Made by a program: the position numbers and the translations under genes. From positions 32,001-96,000 of the forward strand of contig JBHGAY010000009.1 of the NCBI GenBank assembly GCA_041946735.1: a stretch of 64,000 nt of DNA, in the 5' to 3' direction. This document shows, one piece after another, positions 46,392-55,813 of this stretch (the stretch's first letter is position 1; each line of letters opens with the position of its first letter). The notes under the pieces were generated by a model, which saw only the letters and a program-made list of their open reading frames with translations, did not search any database and was not told the DNA's origin. The stretch comes from Candidatus Eiseniibacteriota bacterium. GTDB lineage: Bacteria > Eisenbacteria > RBG-16-71-46 > CAIMUX01 > VGJL01.

Positions 46392-48472
46392 CGGACGAGG
46401 AATCGCAGGGCGCCGGGGAGGAGAAGCCGCAGAAAGCGGCGGCGCCCGGGGGAGCGAAGGACGCGGCGGAATCGGCGGAAGGCTGGGAGTCCCTCCTGAC
46501 GCATGAATGGCTCGTGACCAACGGTCTCGGCGGATACGCGTCCGGGACGGTCGGAGGCGTGATCACGCGCCGCTATCACGGGCTCCTCGTGTCGGCCTTG
46601 CCCGCGCCCAAGGGACGCGTCGTGATGCTCTCGCACCTCTCCGAGGCATTGCGGCTGCCGGATCAGCGGGTGATCCGGATCAGCGGAGAGGAGTCCGAAA
46701 GCGGGTGGCCGGAGATCGAAGGGGCGAAGCACCTCCGCGACTTCGGGCTCGAAGGCGGGCTTCCGGTCTGGCACTACGCGATCGAAGGCTTCCGGATCGA
46801 GAAGCGGATCGTGATGCCCCACTTCCAGAACACCGTACACGTCACCTACAGGCTGCTCGAGGGGGAGGGCACCGTCCGCCTGATCCTCACGCCGGCCGTT
46901 CATTTTCGTCCCCACGAGGAGCCGGTCGACACCCCGCTTCCCGGTCCGTTCTCGATCCGCGTGACCGGAGACCGCTACGAGGTGTGGATGCACCCCGACT
47001 TCCCCCCGCTGAAGATCGTGATGGTCGGCGAGAGGGGCGCATTCACGTTGGCCGCGCAGCACATCGAGAAGGTCTTCTTCCGGAGCGAGAAGGAGCGGGG
47101 CTACCAGTCGAGCGGGCGTCTGTGGAGCCCGGGAGAGTTCCGCGTCGATCTTTCCTCCGGCGAGAGCGCCACCTTCCTCTCTTCGACCGAGACGTGGGAG
47201 GAGATGCTGGCGCTGCGCCCGGCCGAGGCGCAGGAGGCGGAGCAGGAGCGCCGCCGGCGCCTGGTGCTCGCCGCGCACCCGAAGCTGCGCGATGGCTTCC
47301 CGGCGAGGCTCGTCCTCGCCGCCGACCAGTTCGTGATCACTCCCGCAGGCCGGGTCGAGGACACCTCCCGCGCCCGCGCTCGCGGGGACGAGGTGCGGAG
47401 CGTCATAGCCGGCTATCACTGGTTCACCGATTGGGGCCGCGACACGATGATCAGTCTCGAGGGGCTCACCCTGCTCACCGGGCGCTCCCTGGAGGCGGGC
47501 TACATCCTGCGAACCTTCGCCCACTACGCGAAGGACGGCCTCATCCCGAATCACTTCCCGGAAGGGAACAACGAGGCGATCTACAACACGGCGGACGCGA
47601 CGCTCTGGTACTTCCACGCGATCGATCGCTACCTGGAGGCGACCGGGGATCGCCGCACCCTGGCGATCCTCCTGCCCCTGCTCGTCGAGATCGTCGACGC
47701 CCATCTCCGCGGGACGCGCTTCCACATCGGGGTCGATCCGAGCGACGGCCTGCTCCGCCAAGGGCAGGAGGGCTACCAGCTGACCTGGATGGACGCGAAG
47801 GTCGGAGACTGGGTCGTGACCCCGCGCCGCGGGAAGGCGGTCGAGATCAACGCCCTCTGGTACAACGCCCTGCGCCTGCTCGAACGGTGGATCCGCGAGG
47901 AGCGTGGCGAAGCGGACGCGCATCGGTATGCGGAGCTGGCGGACCGGGCGCGCGACTCCTTCCGCCGGCGCTTCTGGTACGCGGAAGGCGGCTATCTCTA
48001 CGACGTGGTCGACGGAGAGCAGGGGGACGACGCCTCGTTCCGCCCCAACCAGATCTTCGCGGTCTCCCTCCCCCATCCGGTGCTCGAGCAGGAGCGGTGG
48101 GAGCCTGTCGTGCGCGCCGTGCAGGAGCGCTTGCTCACGCCGGTCGGCCTGCGGAGCCTGGCGCCCGGCGATGCCGACTTCAAGCCGCGCTACTACGGCG
48201 ATCTCCGGTCGCGCGACGCCGCCTACCACCAGGGGACGGTGTGGGCCTGGCTGATCGGCCCCTTCGTCGACGCCTGGCTGCGGGTCCATCCCGGCGATCG
48301 CGAAGGGGCGCGGCGGCTCCTCGAGGGATTCCCCGGCACGCTCGAGCAGGCCGCGATCGGGACGATCAGTGAGATCTTCGACGCGGAGGCTCCGTTCACC
48401 CCGCGCGGCTGCATCGCGCAGGCGTGGAGCGTCGCCGAGGTGCTGCGCGCCTGGGCGCAGACGGCGGAGTAG
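46388..48472 (+). CDS. Amylo-alpha-1,6-glucosidase (glycogen debranching enzyme, GDE_N + GDE_C)
   Basis: EWLVTNGLGGYASGT, TRRYHGLL, IAGYHWFTDWGRDTMISLEG, TWMDAK, YHQGTVW and QAWSVAE. GTGA-coupled to treZ. Confidence 0.92.
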   Translation: MTDEESQGAGEEKPQKAAAPGGAKDAAESAEGWESLLTHEWLVTNGLGGYASGTVGGVITRRYHGLLVSALPAPKGRVVMLSHLSEALRLPDQRVIRISGEESESGWPEIEGAKHLRDFGLEGGLPVWHYAIEGFRIEKRIVMPHFQNTVHVTYRLLEGEGTVRLILTPAVHFRPHEEPVDTPLPGPFSIRVTGDRYEVWMHPDFPPLKIVMVGERGAFTLAAQHIEKVFFRSEKERGYQSSGRLWSPGEFRVDLSSGESATFLSSTETWEEMLALRPAEAQEAEQERRRRLVLAAHPKLRDGFPARLVLAADQFVITPAGRVEDTSRARARGDEVRSVIAGYHWFTDWGRDTMISLEGLTLLTGRSLEAGYILRTFAHYAKDGLIPNHFPEGNNEAIYNTADATLWYFHAIDRYLEATGDRRTLAILLPLLVEIVDAHLRGTRFHIGVDPSDGLLRQGQEGYQLTWMDAKVGDWVVTPRRGKAVEINALWYNALRLLERWIREERGEADAHRYAELADRARDSFRRRFWYAEGGYLYDVVDGEQGDDASFRPNQIFAVSLPHPVLEQERWEPVVRAVQERLLTPVGLRSLAPGDADFKPRYYGDLRSRDAAYHQGTVWAWLIGPFVDAWLRVHPGDREGARRLLEGFPGTLEQAAIGTISEIFDAEAPFTPRGCIAQAWSVAEVLRAWAQTAE

Positions 48473-48548
48473 GGACCGGAGCAAGGAACGCTGGCTGGGG
48501 GCTGGGCGGCCCCCTCTCACTCGCCCGGGCGGCGCGTACCGGCGGGAC

Positions 48549-49277
48549 TCAGAGATTGCCGAGGGGCGGGACGATCCGCACTTCCTCCAGGAGCGCGTCT
48601 CCCGGAGCTTCCGCCGCCTCGCGGACGATCCGCGCGACGGCGCGCGGCGGCATCATCTTGGAGCGGTCCCAGTCCCCTTCGAGGCGGTCCCAGAACGGCG
48701 TCTCCGTTGCGCCGGGAAGGATCGCCGTCACCCGGACGCCTGCGCGGCGCACTTCGGCTCGTAGCGCCTCGACGAAGCCGAGTGCGCCGAACTTCGAGGC
48801 GTTGTAGGCGGCGTTCTTCGGGAAGGCGGTTCGGGCCGCGACGGAGAGGATGTAGAGCAGCCTTCCGTCGCCACGTTCGAGCATGGCGGGAAGAACCGCC
48901 CGAGTGACGAGGAAGAAGCCCCGGAGATTGGTGTCGATCGTCCGGTCCCACTCCTCGTCGGTCGTCTCGACGACCTTGCGAAAGACGCCCCAGCCCGCGC
49001 ACTGGATCACGGCGTCCGGCTCGCCGGTCGCCGCGCGCAGGGTGGCGGTCCATGCCGCGACCGATTCGGTGCGCCGGACGTCGACGGCAGCGAAGGCATG
49101 GCGCTCCGGTTGGGCGAACGAGGAGACGAGGTCGCGGAGGGCTGGCTCGTCGCGCGAGCCCGCCCCGATGGACCATCCCGCCTGCTCCAGCTCGATCGCG
49201 ACGGCCCGTCCGATCCCCGACGACGCGCCGGTGATCCAGGCCGTCGGGCGCTTCTCGCGCGGCTCTCCTCCTCCCAT
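48549..49277 (-). CDS. Short-chain dehydrogenase/reductase, possibly sepiapterin/pterin reductase
   Basis: TGASSGIG, YNASK and PGATETPFW; lies downstream of PTPS and folE. Confidence 0.85.
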   Translation of the reverse strand: MGGGEPREKRPTAWITGASSGIGRAVAIELEQAGWSIGAGSRDEPALRDLVSSFAQPERHAFAAVDVRRTESVAAWTATLRAATGEPDAVIQCAGWGVFRKVVETTDEEWDRTIDTNLRGFFLVTRAVLPAMLERGDGRLLYILSVAARTAFPKNAAYNASKFGALGFVEALRAEVRRAGVRVTAILPGATETPFWDRLEGDWDRSKMMPPRAVARIVREAAEAPGDALLEEVRIVPPLGNL

Positions 49278-49339
49278 CCCTTCCTTCTCTCTCCCTCTTG
49301 TTCCAGGGGGCTGTTCCGGGGGGCGGACCCGCCCGGCGC

Positions 49340-49894
49340 TCAGCGAATCGTGTGGTGGCCGATCAGGTTCATGAACTCGCTGCGCGTCGCCCGGTCCTCG
49401 CGGAACACCCCGAGCATCGCGCTCGTCGTCGCGAAGGCGTTCTGCTTCTCCACCCCACGCATGGCGATGCAGAGATGGAACGCCTCGATGACGACCGCGA
49501 CGCCGGCCGGCTGGATCGCTTGTTGGATGCACTCGGCGACCTGCTGCGTGAGGCGCTCCTGCACTTGCAGGCGCCGCGCGAACAGATCGAGGATCCGTGG
49601 CAGCTTCGAGAGGCCGATGATCTTCCCTTGCGGGAGGTAGGCGATGTGCGCCCGCCCGTAGAACGGCAGCAGGTGATGCTCGCAGAGCGAGTAGAAGTCG
49701 ATCTCCTTGACGATCACCATCTCGTCGTACGGCTCGTCGAAGATCGCCCCGTTGAGGACCGCGGTCAGGTCGGCCTCGTAACCCTTCGTCAGGAAGCGCA
49801 ACGCTTTCGCCACCCGCTCGGGCGTCTTCAGCAGCCCCTGGCGATCGGGATCCTCTCCGATCTCGCGCAGCAACGCCCGCACATGCTCTTCCAC
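49340..49894 (-). CDS. folE: GTP cyclohydrolase I
   Basis: [36 protein letters not shown] and HLCIAMRGV. Confidence 0.96.
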   Translation of the reverse strand: MEEHVRALLREIGEDPDRQGLLKTPERVAKALRFLTKGYEADLTAVLNGAIFDEPYDEMVIVKEIDFYSLCEHHLLPFYGRAHIAYLPQGKIIGLSKLPRILDLFARRLQVQERLTQQVAECIQQAIQPAGVAVVIEAFHLCIAMRGVEKQNAFATTSAMLGVFREDRATRSEFMNLIGHHTIR

Positions 49895-49898
49895 GTCC

Positions 49899-50375
49899 TC
49901 ATTCCTCCGTCGGCCCGAAATAGCGGGCGAAGTTGGTGCGAGATTCGTACAGCGTCAACTCATGGAGCGTGCAACCCGGGATCCGGCCCTCGAGCTGCTC
50001 CCAGAAGCGGATCACCAGGTTCTCGACGGTCGGCACCACGCCACGGAGGAAGTCGACGTCGAGATTGAGGTTCTTGTGATCGACCTTCGAGATCAGGACC
50101 TCGTCGAGGATGTCCTTCAAGCGCTTCAGGTCGAGGATCATGCCGGTCTGCGGATCGGGTTGGCCGGCCAGCGTGACGTCGAGGACGTAGTTGTGCCCGT
50201 GCCCGTTCGGGTTGTTGCAGATCCCGAAGACCTCCCAGTTCTTCTCGTCCGTGAAGTCCGGGCTGTAGAGGCGGTGTGAGGCGCTGAACTCCACCTGCTT
50301 GGTGATACGGACGACGGTCTTGCGGCGCGCGGCGATGGCCGGGATCTTCCCCGCCGGGCGAGCGGCATCCTGCAT
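49899..50375 (-). CDS. 6-pyruvoyltetrahydropterin synthase family (CX5HGH type)
   Basis: [29 protein letters not shown] and LYES. Confidence 0.9.
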   Translation of the reverse strand: MQDAARPAGKIPAIAARRKTVVRITKQVEFSASHRLYSPDFTDEKNWEVFGICNNPNGHGHNYVLDVTLAGQPDPQTGMILDLKRLKDILDEVLISKVDHKNLNLDVDFLRGVVPTVENLVIRFWEQLEGRIPGCTLHELTLYESRTNFARYFGPTEE

Positions 50376-50460
50376 CGTTTCCCCCTGTGCCCGACGAAAT
50401 GGAAACTCGCGGAACGGCCGGGCATCCGACCACTGTACCCCAAGAGGACCGACGGGCGAA

Positions 50461-50570
50461 CGGGAGGCGCAGGCTGGCGAGCAGGGCGAGCGGGAGACAC
50501 AGGCCGGCGAGCAGGGCACCCGAGAGGCACAGGCCGGCGAGCAGGGCGCAGGGGACACGGCCGGCGAGCG
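50461..50570. repeat. Intergenic tandem repeat, ~30-bp unit x ~3.6
   Basis: CGGGAGGCGCAGGCTGGCGAGCAGGGCGAG / CGGGAGACACAGGCCGGCGAGCAGGGCACC / CGAGAGGCACAGGCCGGCGAGCAGGGCGCA / partial fourth copy. Confidence 0.8.
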
Positions 50571-50625
50571 AGCGGGAGTTCGTCTCGCCTGCTTCGCGCG
50601 GTCGCCCGGACGGAGGATGGACGGA

Positions 50626-51660
50626 TCAGTCGCAGTAGAGGCGCTGCGGCTTCGGTGCCATCGTGCGGTCGTAGAGTCGGCGCACCATCGGCAGAACCAA
50701 CTCCTCCGCCTCGCTGATCGTCCCGGGCAGGAAGGCTCCGGCTGCGGTCGGCCGCCCTCCCCCGCCGATCCGCGTCGCGAGAGCGCCAACGTCGTGCTTG
50801 CCCTTCGACCGGAACGTCACGCGCACCCCCGAGCCGAGCACCTCCCGGAAGAGGATGCACAGGTCGATGTTCTGGATGGCGAGCAGGTTGTCGAGGATCC
50901 CGTCGCCGTCCTGCAGGACCGTGCGCGTCTCGACGAACGTCGTGTGCGGCACCGAGAGCCAGGCGACCTTGCCGTCCCGCTCGTGCCGCAGATTCGCGAG
51001 CGCACGCCGGTAGAGGTCGAACCGCTCGAAGCTCTCGCTCTGGAAGATCCAGCGGGCGACGCTGGCGTGGTCGGCGCCGTGTCGCAGAAGGTCCGCCGCG
51101 ACCAGGACCGCCCGGTTCGTCGTCTGCGGAAGGCGCAGGCCGCCCGTGTCGAACATCAGGCTGGCGTAGAGCGCCTGGGCGATGTCGGGATCGATGCGCA
51201 CTCCCGCCCAGCGGAAGTAGTGGTAAAGCATCTCGCCGGTGCTGCACGCGGAGGGATCGATCAGCTCGAGATCGCCGAAGTCTCCGATCGGATGGTGATG
51301 GTCGACAGAGACGACCGGTAGGCCGCTCGAGCGGAGGATCTCGGCGAGCGGACCGATGTAGCTCCACTGGCTGACGTCGAGAGCGATCAGGATCTCCGTC
51401 CCTGGAGGAATCGGGGGAGCCCCGTTCTGCCCGAGGTAGCGGGCAGGAAACAGGTCCATCAGAAACCGGTAGCACGGCCGCGCGGGCGTCGGATTCAGTA
51501 TCTGAACCGTCTTCCCTCGCTCCCTCAGATGGAGAGCGAGGGCCACTTCAGACCCGATCGAATCCCCTTCGGGGAACACGTGCGATGTGAGCAAGAACCG
51601 ATCGTATCTGTCGAGAACCTGTCGCAGACTATCCCAACCCCGGCCCGGTCCTGCGTCCAT
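50626..51660 (-). CDS. DHH/DHHA1 phosphoesterase (NrnA-like)
   Basis: SHVFPEGDSIGS, VDHH, DTGG, TFRSKG and GGGGRPTAAG. Confidence 0.88.
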   Translation of the reverse strand: MDAGPGRGWDSLRQVLDRYDRFLLTSHVFPEGDSIGSEVALALHLRERGKTVQILNPTPARPCYRFLMDLFPARYLGQNGAPPIPPGTEILIALDVSQWSYIGPLAEILRSSGLPVVSVDHHHPIGDFGDLELIDPSACSTGEMLYHYFRWAGVRIDPDIAQALYASLMFDTGGLRLPQTTNRAVLVAADLLRHGADHASVARWIFQSESFERFDLYRRALANLRHERDGKVAWLSVPHTTFVETRTVLQDGDGILDNLLAIQNIDLCILFREVLGSGVRVTFRSKGKHDVGALATRIGGGGRPTAAGAFLPGTISEAEELVLPMVRRLYDRTMAPKPQRLYCD

Positions 51661-51793
51661 GCGATTCGCCCCTCGCCGACTCGTTCGCGGAACCGATACT
51701 CCGTCTATATGTCGCCCTGCGTCTTTCGGGAACAGGGCGTTCGAATTCGCCAGGGTTGGAAACTCCCATGGCCGATCCGTCATGTCAACAAAT

Positions 51794-52219
51794 TCATTGC
51801 GACATATTCGTAAATCTTTCGTGCAACGAGACTTCCAGGAGACGAACGAACGCCGAACGAGGCCACACCTGGTCGGTTCCGGCTTCTCGAAGAGCGCGAA
51901 GGCCGCCGGCGTCGACGTGCGAGCCGAATCCCCAGATCGACCAGGAGGATTCCGTCTGCCCGCCGGCCCGGGCTGCGTCGATCGCGTGACGGATCGCTTC
52001 GATGCCGGCATCGAGATCGACGAGGAGCACGCCGCCGGGAGAATCGAGCGCGGCGCCGGCCTCGAGTTGCGAGATTCTGCGGAAGGCGAGGCGCAATCGC
52101 TTCGCGATCGCTTCGATGCGGCTCGAGAAGATCAGATCGTCGGATAGGAGGACCACGCGGCGCGCGCCGGGCGGCATCTCGCTCATCCGTTGTCGCCCAT
52201 CCGGTGGCGCCTCGCTCAT
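51794..52219 (-). CDS. Small receiver-like domain protein
   Basis: DDLIFSSRI, LLVDL, GFGSHVD and AG.DQVWPRSAF. The start could be 52186. Confidence 0.65.
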   Translation of the reverse strand: MSEAPPDGRQRMSEMPPGARRVVLLSDDLIFSSRIEAIAKRLRLAFRRISQLEAGAALDSPGGVLLVDLDAGIEAIRHAIDAARAGGQTESSWSIWGFGSHVDAGGLRALREAGTDQVWPRSAFVRLLEVSLHERFTNMSQ

Positions 52220-52241
52220 CGAGTCCTCCGAGGGGGACGGC

Positions 52242-53273
52242 TCACTCCGCCTCTGCGCGACGCGGAAGCCCGGATTCCGCGAACGGGAGCGCTTCCACCG
52301 TGCCGGTCACGCCACCGGCCGTCACTTCCCTTCCTGCGAGCGGCGCGTCGATCCGAAGCACCGCAAGGCCCAGATCGTCCCCGCCGGTGCGCGATGGCGC
52401 GAAGCTCGTGAGACGGCCCAGCGGCTCCGAACCGGACTCGGCGAGGAACACCTCGGGACCTTCTCCGTGGCCTTCGCGGCGATCGAAGGCCGAGGCGGCG
52501 GTGAAGCGGGATCCGGCAGCGAAGCGGATCCCGAGGAGCGCACGATGCACCTTCCCTTGAAAGTGGATGCGAGCGATCGTCTCCTGGCCGACGTAGCAGC
52601 CCTTCTGGTAGTGCACCGCCTCCTCGAGCCCGGCCTCCATCGGAAAGAGCGCGCCGTCGACGTCCTTGCCGAAAAGAGGCCGACCCGCCTCGATGCGCAG
52701 CCGCTCGAGCGTCTCCGAGCCGATCGGGACGGCGTCCGCCTGCGCGAGCGCCTCCTCGAGCCCGTTCCCCTCGGAAAGCAGCAGGAGCCGGTCATTCGGC
52801 CCGACCTCGCGCACCTTCCAGAACTCCACGCCGCGAGCTGGCGGGACCCGGTCGGAACCCGGGCCTGTCAGGAGCAGGAGCCTCTGGTCCTCTCGCCGAT
52901 CGATCGCGAGCGATTCGAGGAAGTGGAACTGATGGAGGATCGCCAGGACGCCGGCCGCAGTCGAGGAGTCGAGGACAAGGTGCGCACCGTCTTCGAGCCG
53001 GAGGAGGCGGAGCGGCGCGAGGAGGTGGCCTTTCCGCTCGAGCAGGCAGGCGAGGCGGCTCTCGCCCGGGCGCATCCCGGCGACGTCCTGCGTCAGCATC
53101 CCTTGAAGGAAGGAGATGGCATCGGGACCGCGCACCGAGACGATCGCCCGTCGGGGAAGCGGCGTGTACGCGATGCGCCACCGCGCCGCTTCGTACTCCT
53201 CGCGCGGATCGCCGAAAAGAGGCGGGACGTGCGTCGCCGCCTGCGCGTGTCGCTCGCGGGCCGCCTCGCTCAC
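52242..53273 (-). CDS. ygfZ: YgfZ/GcvT-family folate-binding protein
   Basis: GPDAISFLQGMLTQD, LRIEAG and the signature KGCYVGQE. Confidence 0.88.
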   Translation of the reverse strand: MSEAARERHAQAATHVPPLFGDPREEYEAARWRIAYTPLPRRAIVSVRGPDAISFLQGMLTQDVAGMRPGESRLACLLERKGHLLAPLRLLRLEDGAHLVLDSSTAAGVLAILHQFHFLESLAIDRREDQRLLLLTGPGSDRVPPARGVEFWKVREVGPNDRLLLLSEGNGLEEALAQADAVPIGSETLERLRIEAGRPLFGKDVDGALFPMEAGLEEAVHYQKGCYVGQETIARIHFQGKVHRALLGIRFAAGSRFTAASAFDRREGHGEGPEVFLAESGSEPLGRLTSFAPSRTGGDDLGLAVLRIDAPLAGREVTAGGVTGTVEALPFAESGLPRRAEAE

Positions 53274-54082
53274 GATCCCGTCGCCTTGCGGTATTCCTTA
53301 TCCGCCTCCGGCATCCACTCCTCGAGCTGCCGGACGCGCGTCCCATGGCTCGGGTGCGTGCTCAGCCATTCGGGCGGCGCGCCCCCCTTCGACTGCTGCT
53401 CCATCCGCTGCCAGAACTGGATCGCGGCATGCGGATCGTAGCCGGCGCGAGCCATGTAAACGAGTCCGATGTGGTCCGCCTCGCTCTCCTGACTCCGGCT
53501 GAACGGCAGGAGGAAGCCGACCTGGGCGCCGACGCCGTAGGCGGCGAGGACGAGGTTCTGCGTCGCGGCGCTCTTCTCGTTCAACAGCGCCTGCAATCCC
53601 ATCCCTCCGAGCTGCAGGGCGAGCTGATCCGTCATTCGCTCCCCGCCGTGGCGCGCGACCGCATGGGCGATCTCGTGCGACATCACCGTCGCAAGCCCCG
53701 CCTCGTTCTCCGTCACCGGGAGGATGCCGGTGTAGACGGCGACCTTGCCGCCCGGAAGGCAGAACGCGTTGACCACCTTGTCGTTCTTGATCAGGTTGAA
53801 TTCCCAGTCGTAGTCCTTCTTGTTCGAGACCGCGGCGATGCGGCGACCTACGCGCCGGACCATTTCGACGTCCGGGCCGGACTGCACGACCTCCTCTTGT
53901 TTCAGCAGCTGCTGGTAGCTGTCGGCGCCCAGGGCGATCTCCTCGCCTTCGGGAATCAGGTTGAAGCTTTTCCTGCCGGTGATCGGGACGGTGGCGCACG
54001 CGGCGAGGACGACGAGCAAGAGCAGGAGCGAAGCGGCGAGCGGACGGGCGCGATGCCGCGCGAATGACCGTGGCTTCACCAT
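53270..54082 (-). CDS. M48-family metalloprotease lipoprotein
   Basis: Lipobox LAA-C, NAFCLPGG, HEIAH, ESEAD and LSTHP. Confidence 0.92.
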   Translation of the reverse strand: MVKPRSFARHRARPLAASLLLLLVVLAACATVPITGRKSFNLIPEGEEIALGADSYQQLLKQEEVVQSGPDVEMVRRVGRRIAAVSNKKDYDWEFNLIKNDKVVNAFCLPGGKVAVYTGILPVTENEAGLATVMSHEIAHAVARHGGERMTDQLALQLGGMGLQALLNEKSAATQNLVLAAYGVGAQVGFLLPFSRSQESEADHIGLVYMARAGYDPHAAIQFWQRMEQQSKGGAPPEWLSTHPSHGTRVRQLEEWMPEADKEYRKATGS

Positions 54083-54313
54083 GGTTGCCTCCTTTCCTGT
54101 CAGGTTAGACGATTCCCGGCTCGTCCAACACGAGCGCGGAGAGGCATGAGCGACAAGCGCACGCGGGGCGAACGTATCGGGGCGTATCGCCGGGCGGCGA
54201 TCACGCGGAGAACACCCGGGGCCGGACGTCCGGCGCGAGGGCGGAACAGCGAGAAGTTTACCAACGTGCGTCAATCCGATAGCTTAAGGTCTTTGGGCGG
54301 AGGTCTCATCCCG

Positions 54314-55813
54314 ATGCCGATCGGTTCGCTTTTCGGTCCTTTCCCCATGCAAGCGACCGGCCAGGAACGGCCGGGTGAAAGCGCGGACGAACCCGCCCTC
54401 GCCACCTGGGTGACGACCCTGTCGTGCGAAGACCTGCTCGCTCTTGGGCGGCAAGCCGACCTCTTCCCCCAGGCCGCCTGGTGGGACTCCGAGACGGGAA
54501 TCGCCTGGATCGGCATCGGCGCCGCCCGGGAGCGGATCGCCCAGCCTCCGGTGCCACCCTGGACCCTCATCGACGACTGCAGGCGGGAGCTCTTGCGGAT
54601 CCCGGCCCCGCAGCAGGCGAGCAAGGTGCTTCGGTATGCAGGCGGAGTTCCGTTCGACCCGGTAGCCGGAGCCCATCCGGAGTGGCCGGCAGGGGGAGCG
54701 ACCCGCTTCTTCCTTCCCCGCCTCTGCCTGCAGCAGGCGCCGGGAAGCCGCCAGGCGATCCTCGCCGTGACCGTGGAAGCCGATCCGGCGCGGCCCGAGA
54801 GGGCGTGCGAGCAGGTGGGCCGCTGGATCGAGACGGTTCGCGGCTGGGCGCTCGCGCGGGGCGGAAGCGGAGCAGCGGCCGGGAACGGCGAGCGCGGGGG
54901 GAACGGCGAGGGCGGAAGGCACGGCGACGGCACCGGCAACGGCGCGGGCGGGGCGGACGGGACGAGCGGCGGCGAGCCCGGCACGCAGCTTCGTGAAGTC
55001 GCGATCCCCGGAGGACAGGAGCGCTTCGAGGCGAGCGTCGCGCAGGCGCTCGCAGCGATCGAACGAGAGGAGATCCGCAAGGTCGTCCTTTCCCGCGACG
55101 TCATCCTCGAAGCTTCGCAGCCGCTCGACCCGTGGGATCTCTTCGCGCGAATCGTTCGACACGCGCCGCCCGGGTTCCCCTTCCTGTTCCGGTTCGACCG
55201 CGAAGGATCCTTCCTCGGCGCTACGCCGGAGCGGCTCGTCCGGGAATCGCGGGGCACGATCTCGTGCGACTGCCTCGCCGGGACGATCGGACGCGGAGCG
55301 GACGCGGCGGAGGACGCTCGCCTCGAGGCGTCGCTGCGGAGCAGCGAGAAGGATCTGCGCGAGCATCGCTTCGTCCTCGACGGAATCCGGGGGGCGCTCG
55401 CGCCGCTGGTCGCACGCATGGAGGTTCCGGCCAGCCCGGAGGTGCGGAAGCTGCCGCGCGTGCAGCACCTCTCCTCGCCGGTCCGCGCCCACCTGCATCC
55501 CGGCGTCGCCCTCGGGGAGATCGCGGCGCGCCTGCATCCGACGCCCGCCGTCGGAGGAGCGCCACGCGAAGCGGCGCTTGCGAAGATCGCCGCTCTCGAG
55601 TCCCGCCCGCGCGGCTGGTACGCCGGCCCGGTCGGATGGATCAGCGCGGGCGAGGCGGATCTCGCCGTCGCGATCCGCTCGGCGATCGTGCGCGGCGCGC
55701 GGCTGACGCTCACCGGGGGCGCAGGGATCGTACGCGGCTCGGACCCTCGATCGGAGTGGGAGGAGACGGCGCGCAAGACCGCCTCGATCCGCTCGCTTCT
55801 CGAGGAACGATGA
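54314..55813 (+). CDS. menF: Isochorismate synthase
   Basis: KVVLSR, FLGATPERL, LAGT, KDLREH, LHPTPAVGG, RGWYAG, AVAIRS and GAGIV; GGAGGT RBS before ATG 54314. Confidence 0.92.
   Translation: MPIGSLFGPFPMQATGQERPGESADEPALATWVTTLSCEDLLALGRQADLFPQAAWWDSETGIAWIGIGAARERIAQPPVPPWTLIDDCRRELLRIPAPQQASKVLRYAGGVPFDPVAGAHPEWPAGGATRFFLPRLCLQQAPGSRQAILAVTVEADPARPERACEQVGRWIETVRGWALARGGSGAAAGNGERGGNGEGGRHGDGTGNGAGGADGTSGGEPGTQLREVAIPGGQERFEASVAQALAAIEREEIRKVVLSRDVILEASQPLDPWDLFARIVRHAPPGFPFLFRFDREGSFLGATPERLVRESRGTISCDCLAGTIGRGADAAEDARLEASLRSSEKDLREHRFVLDGIRGALAPLVARMEVPASPEVRKLPRVQHLSSPVRAHLHPGVALGEIAARLHPTPAVGGAPREAALAKIAALESRPRGWYAGPVGWISAGEADLAVAIRSAIVRGARLTLTGGAGIVRGSDPRSEWEETARKTASIRSLLEER

Noticed and set aside
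50461..50570. Possible mini-CRISPR
   Set aside because: Units are head-to-tail without unique spacers, and no cas genes are present
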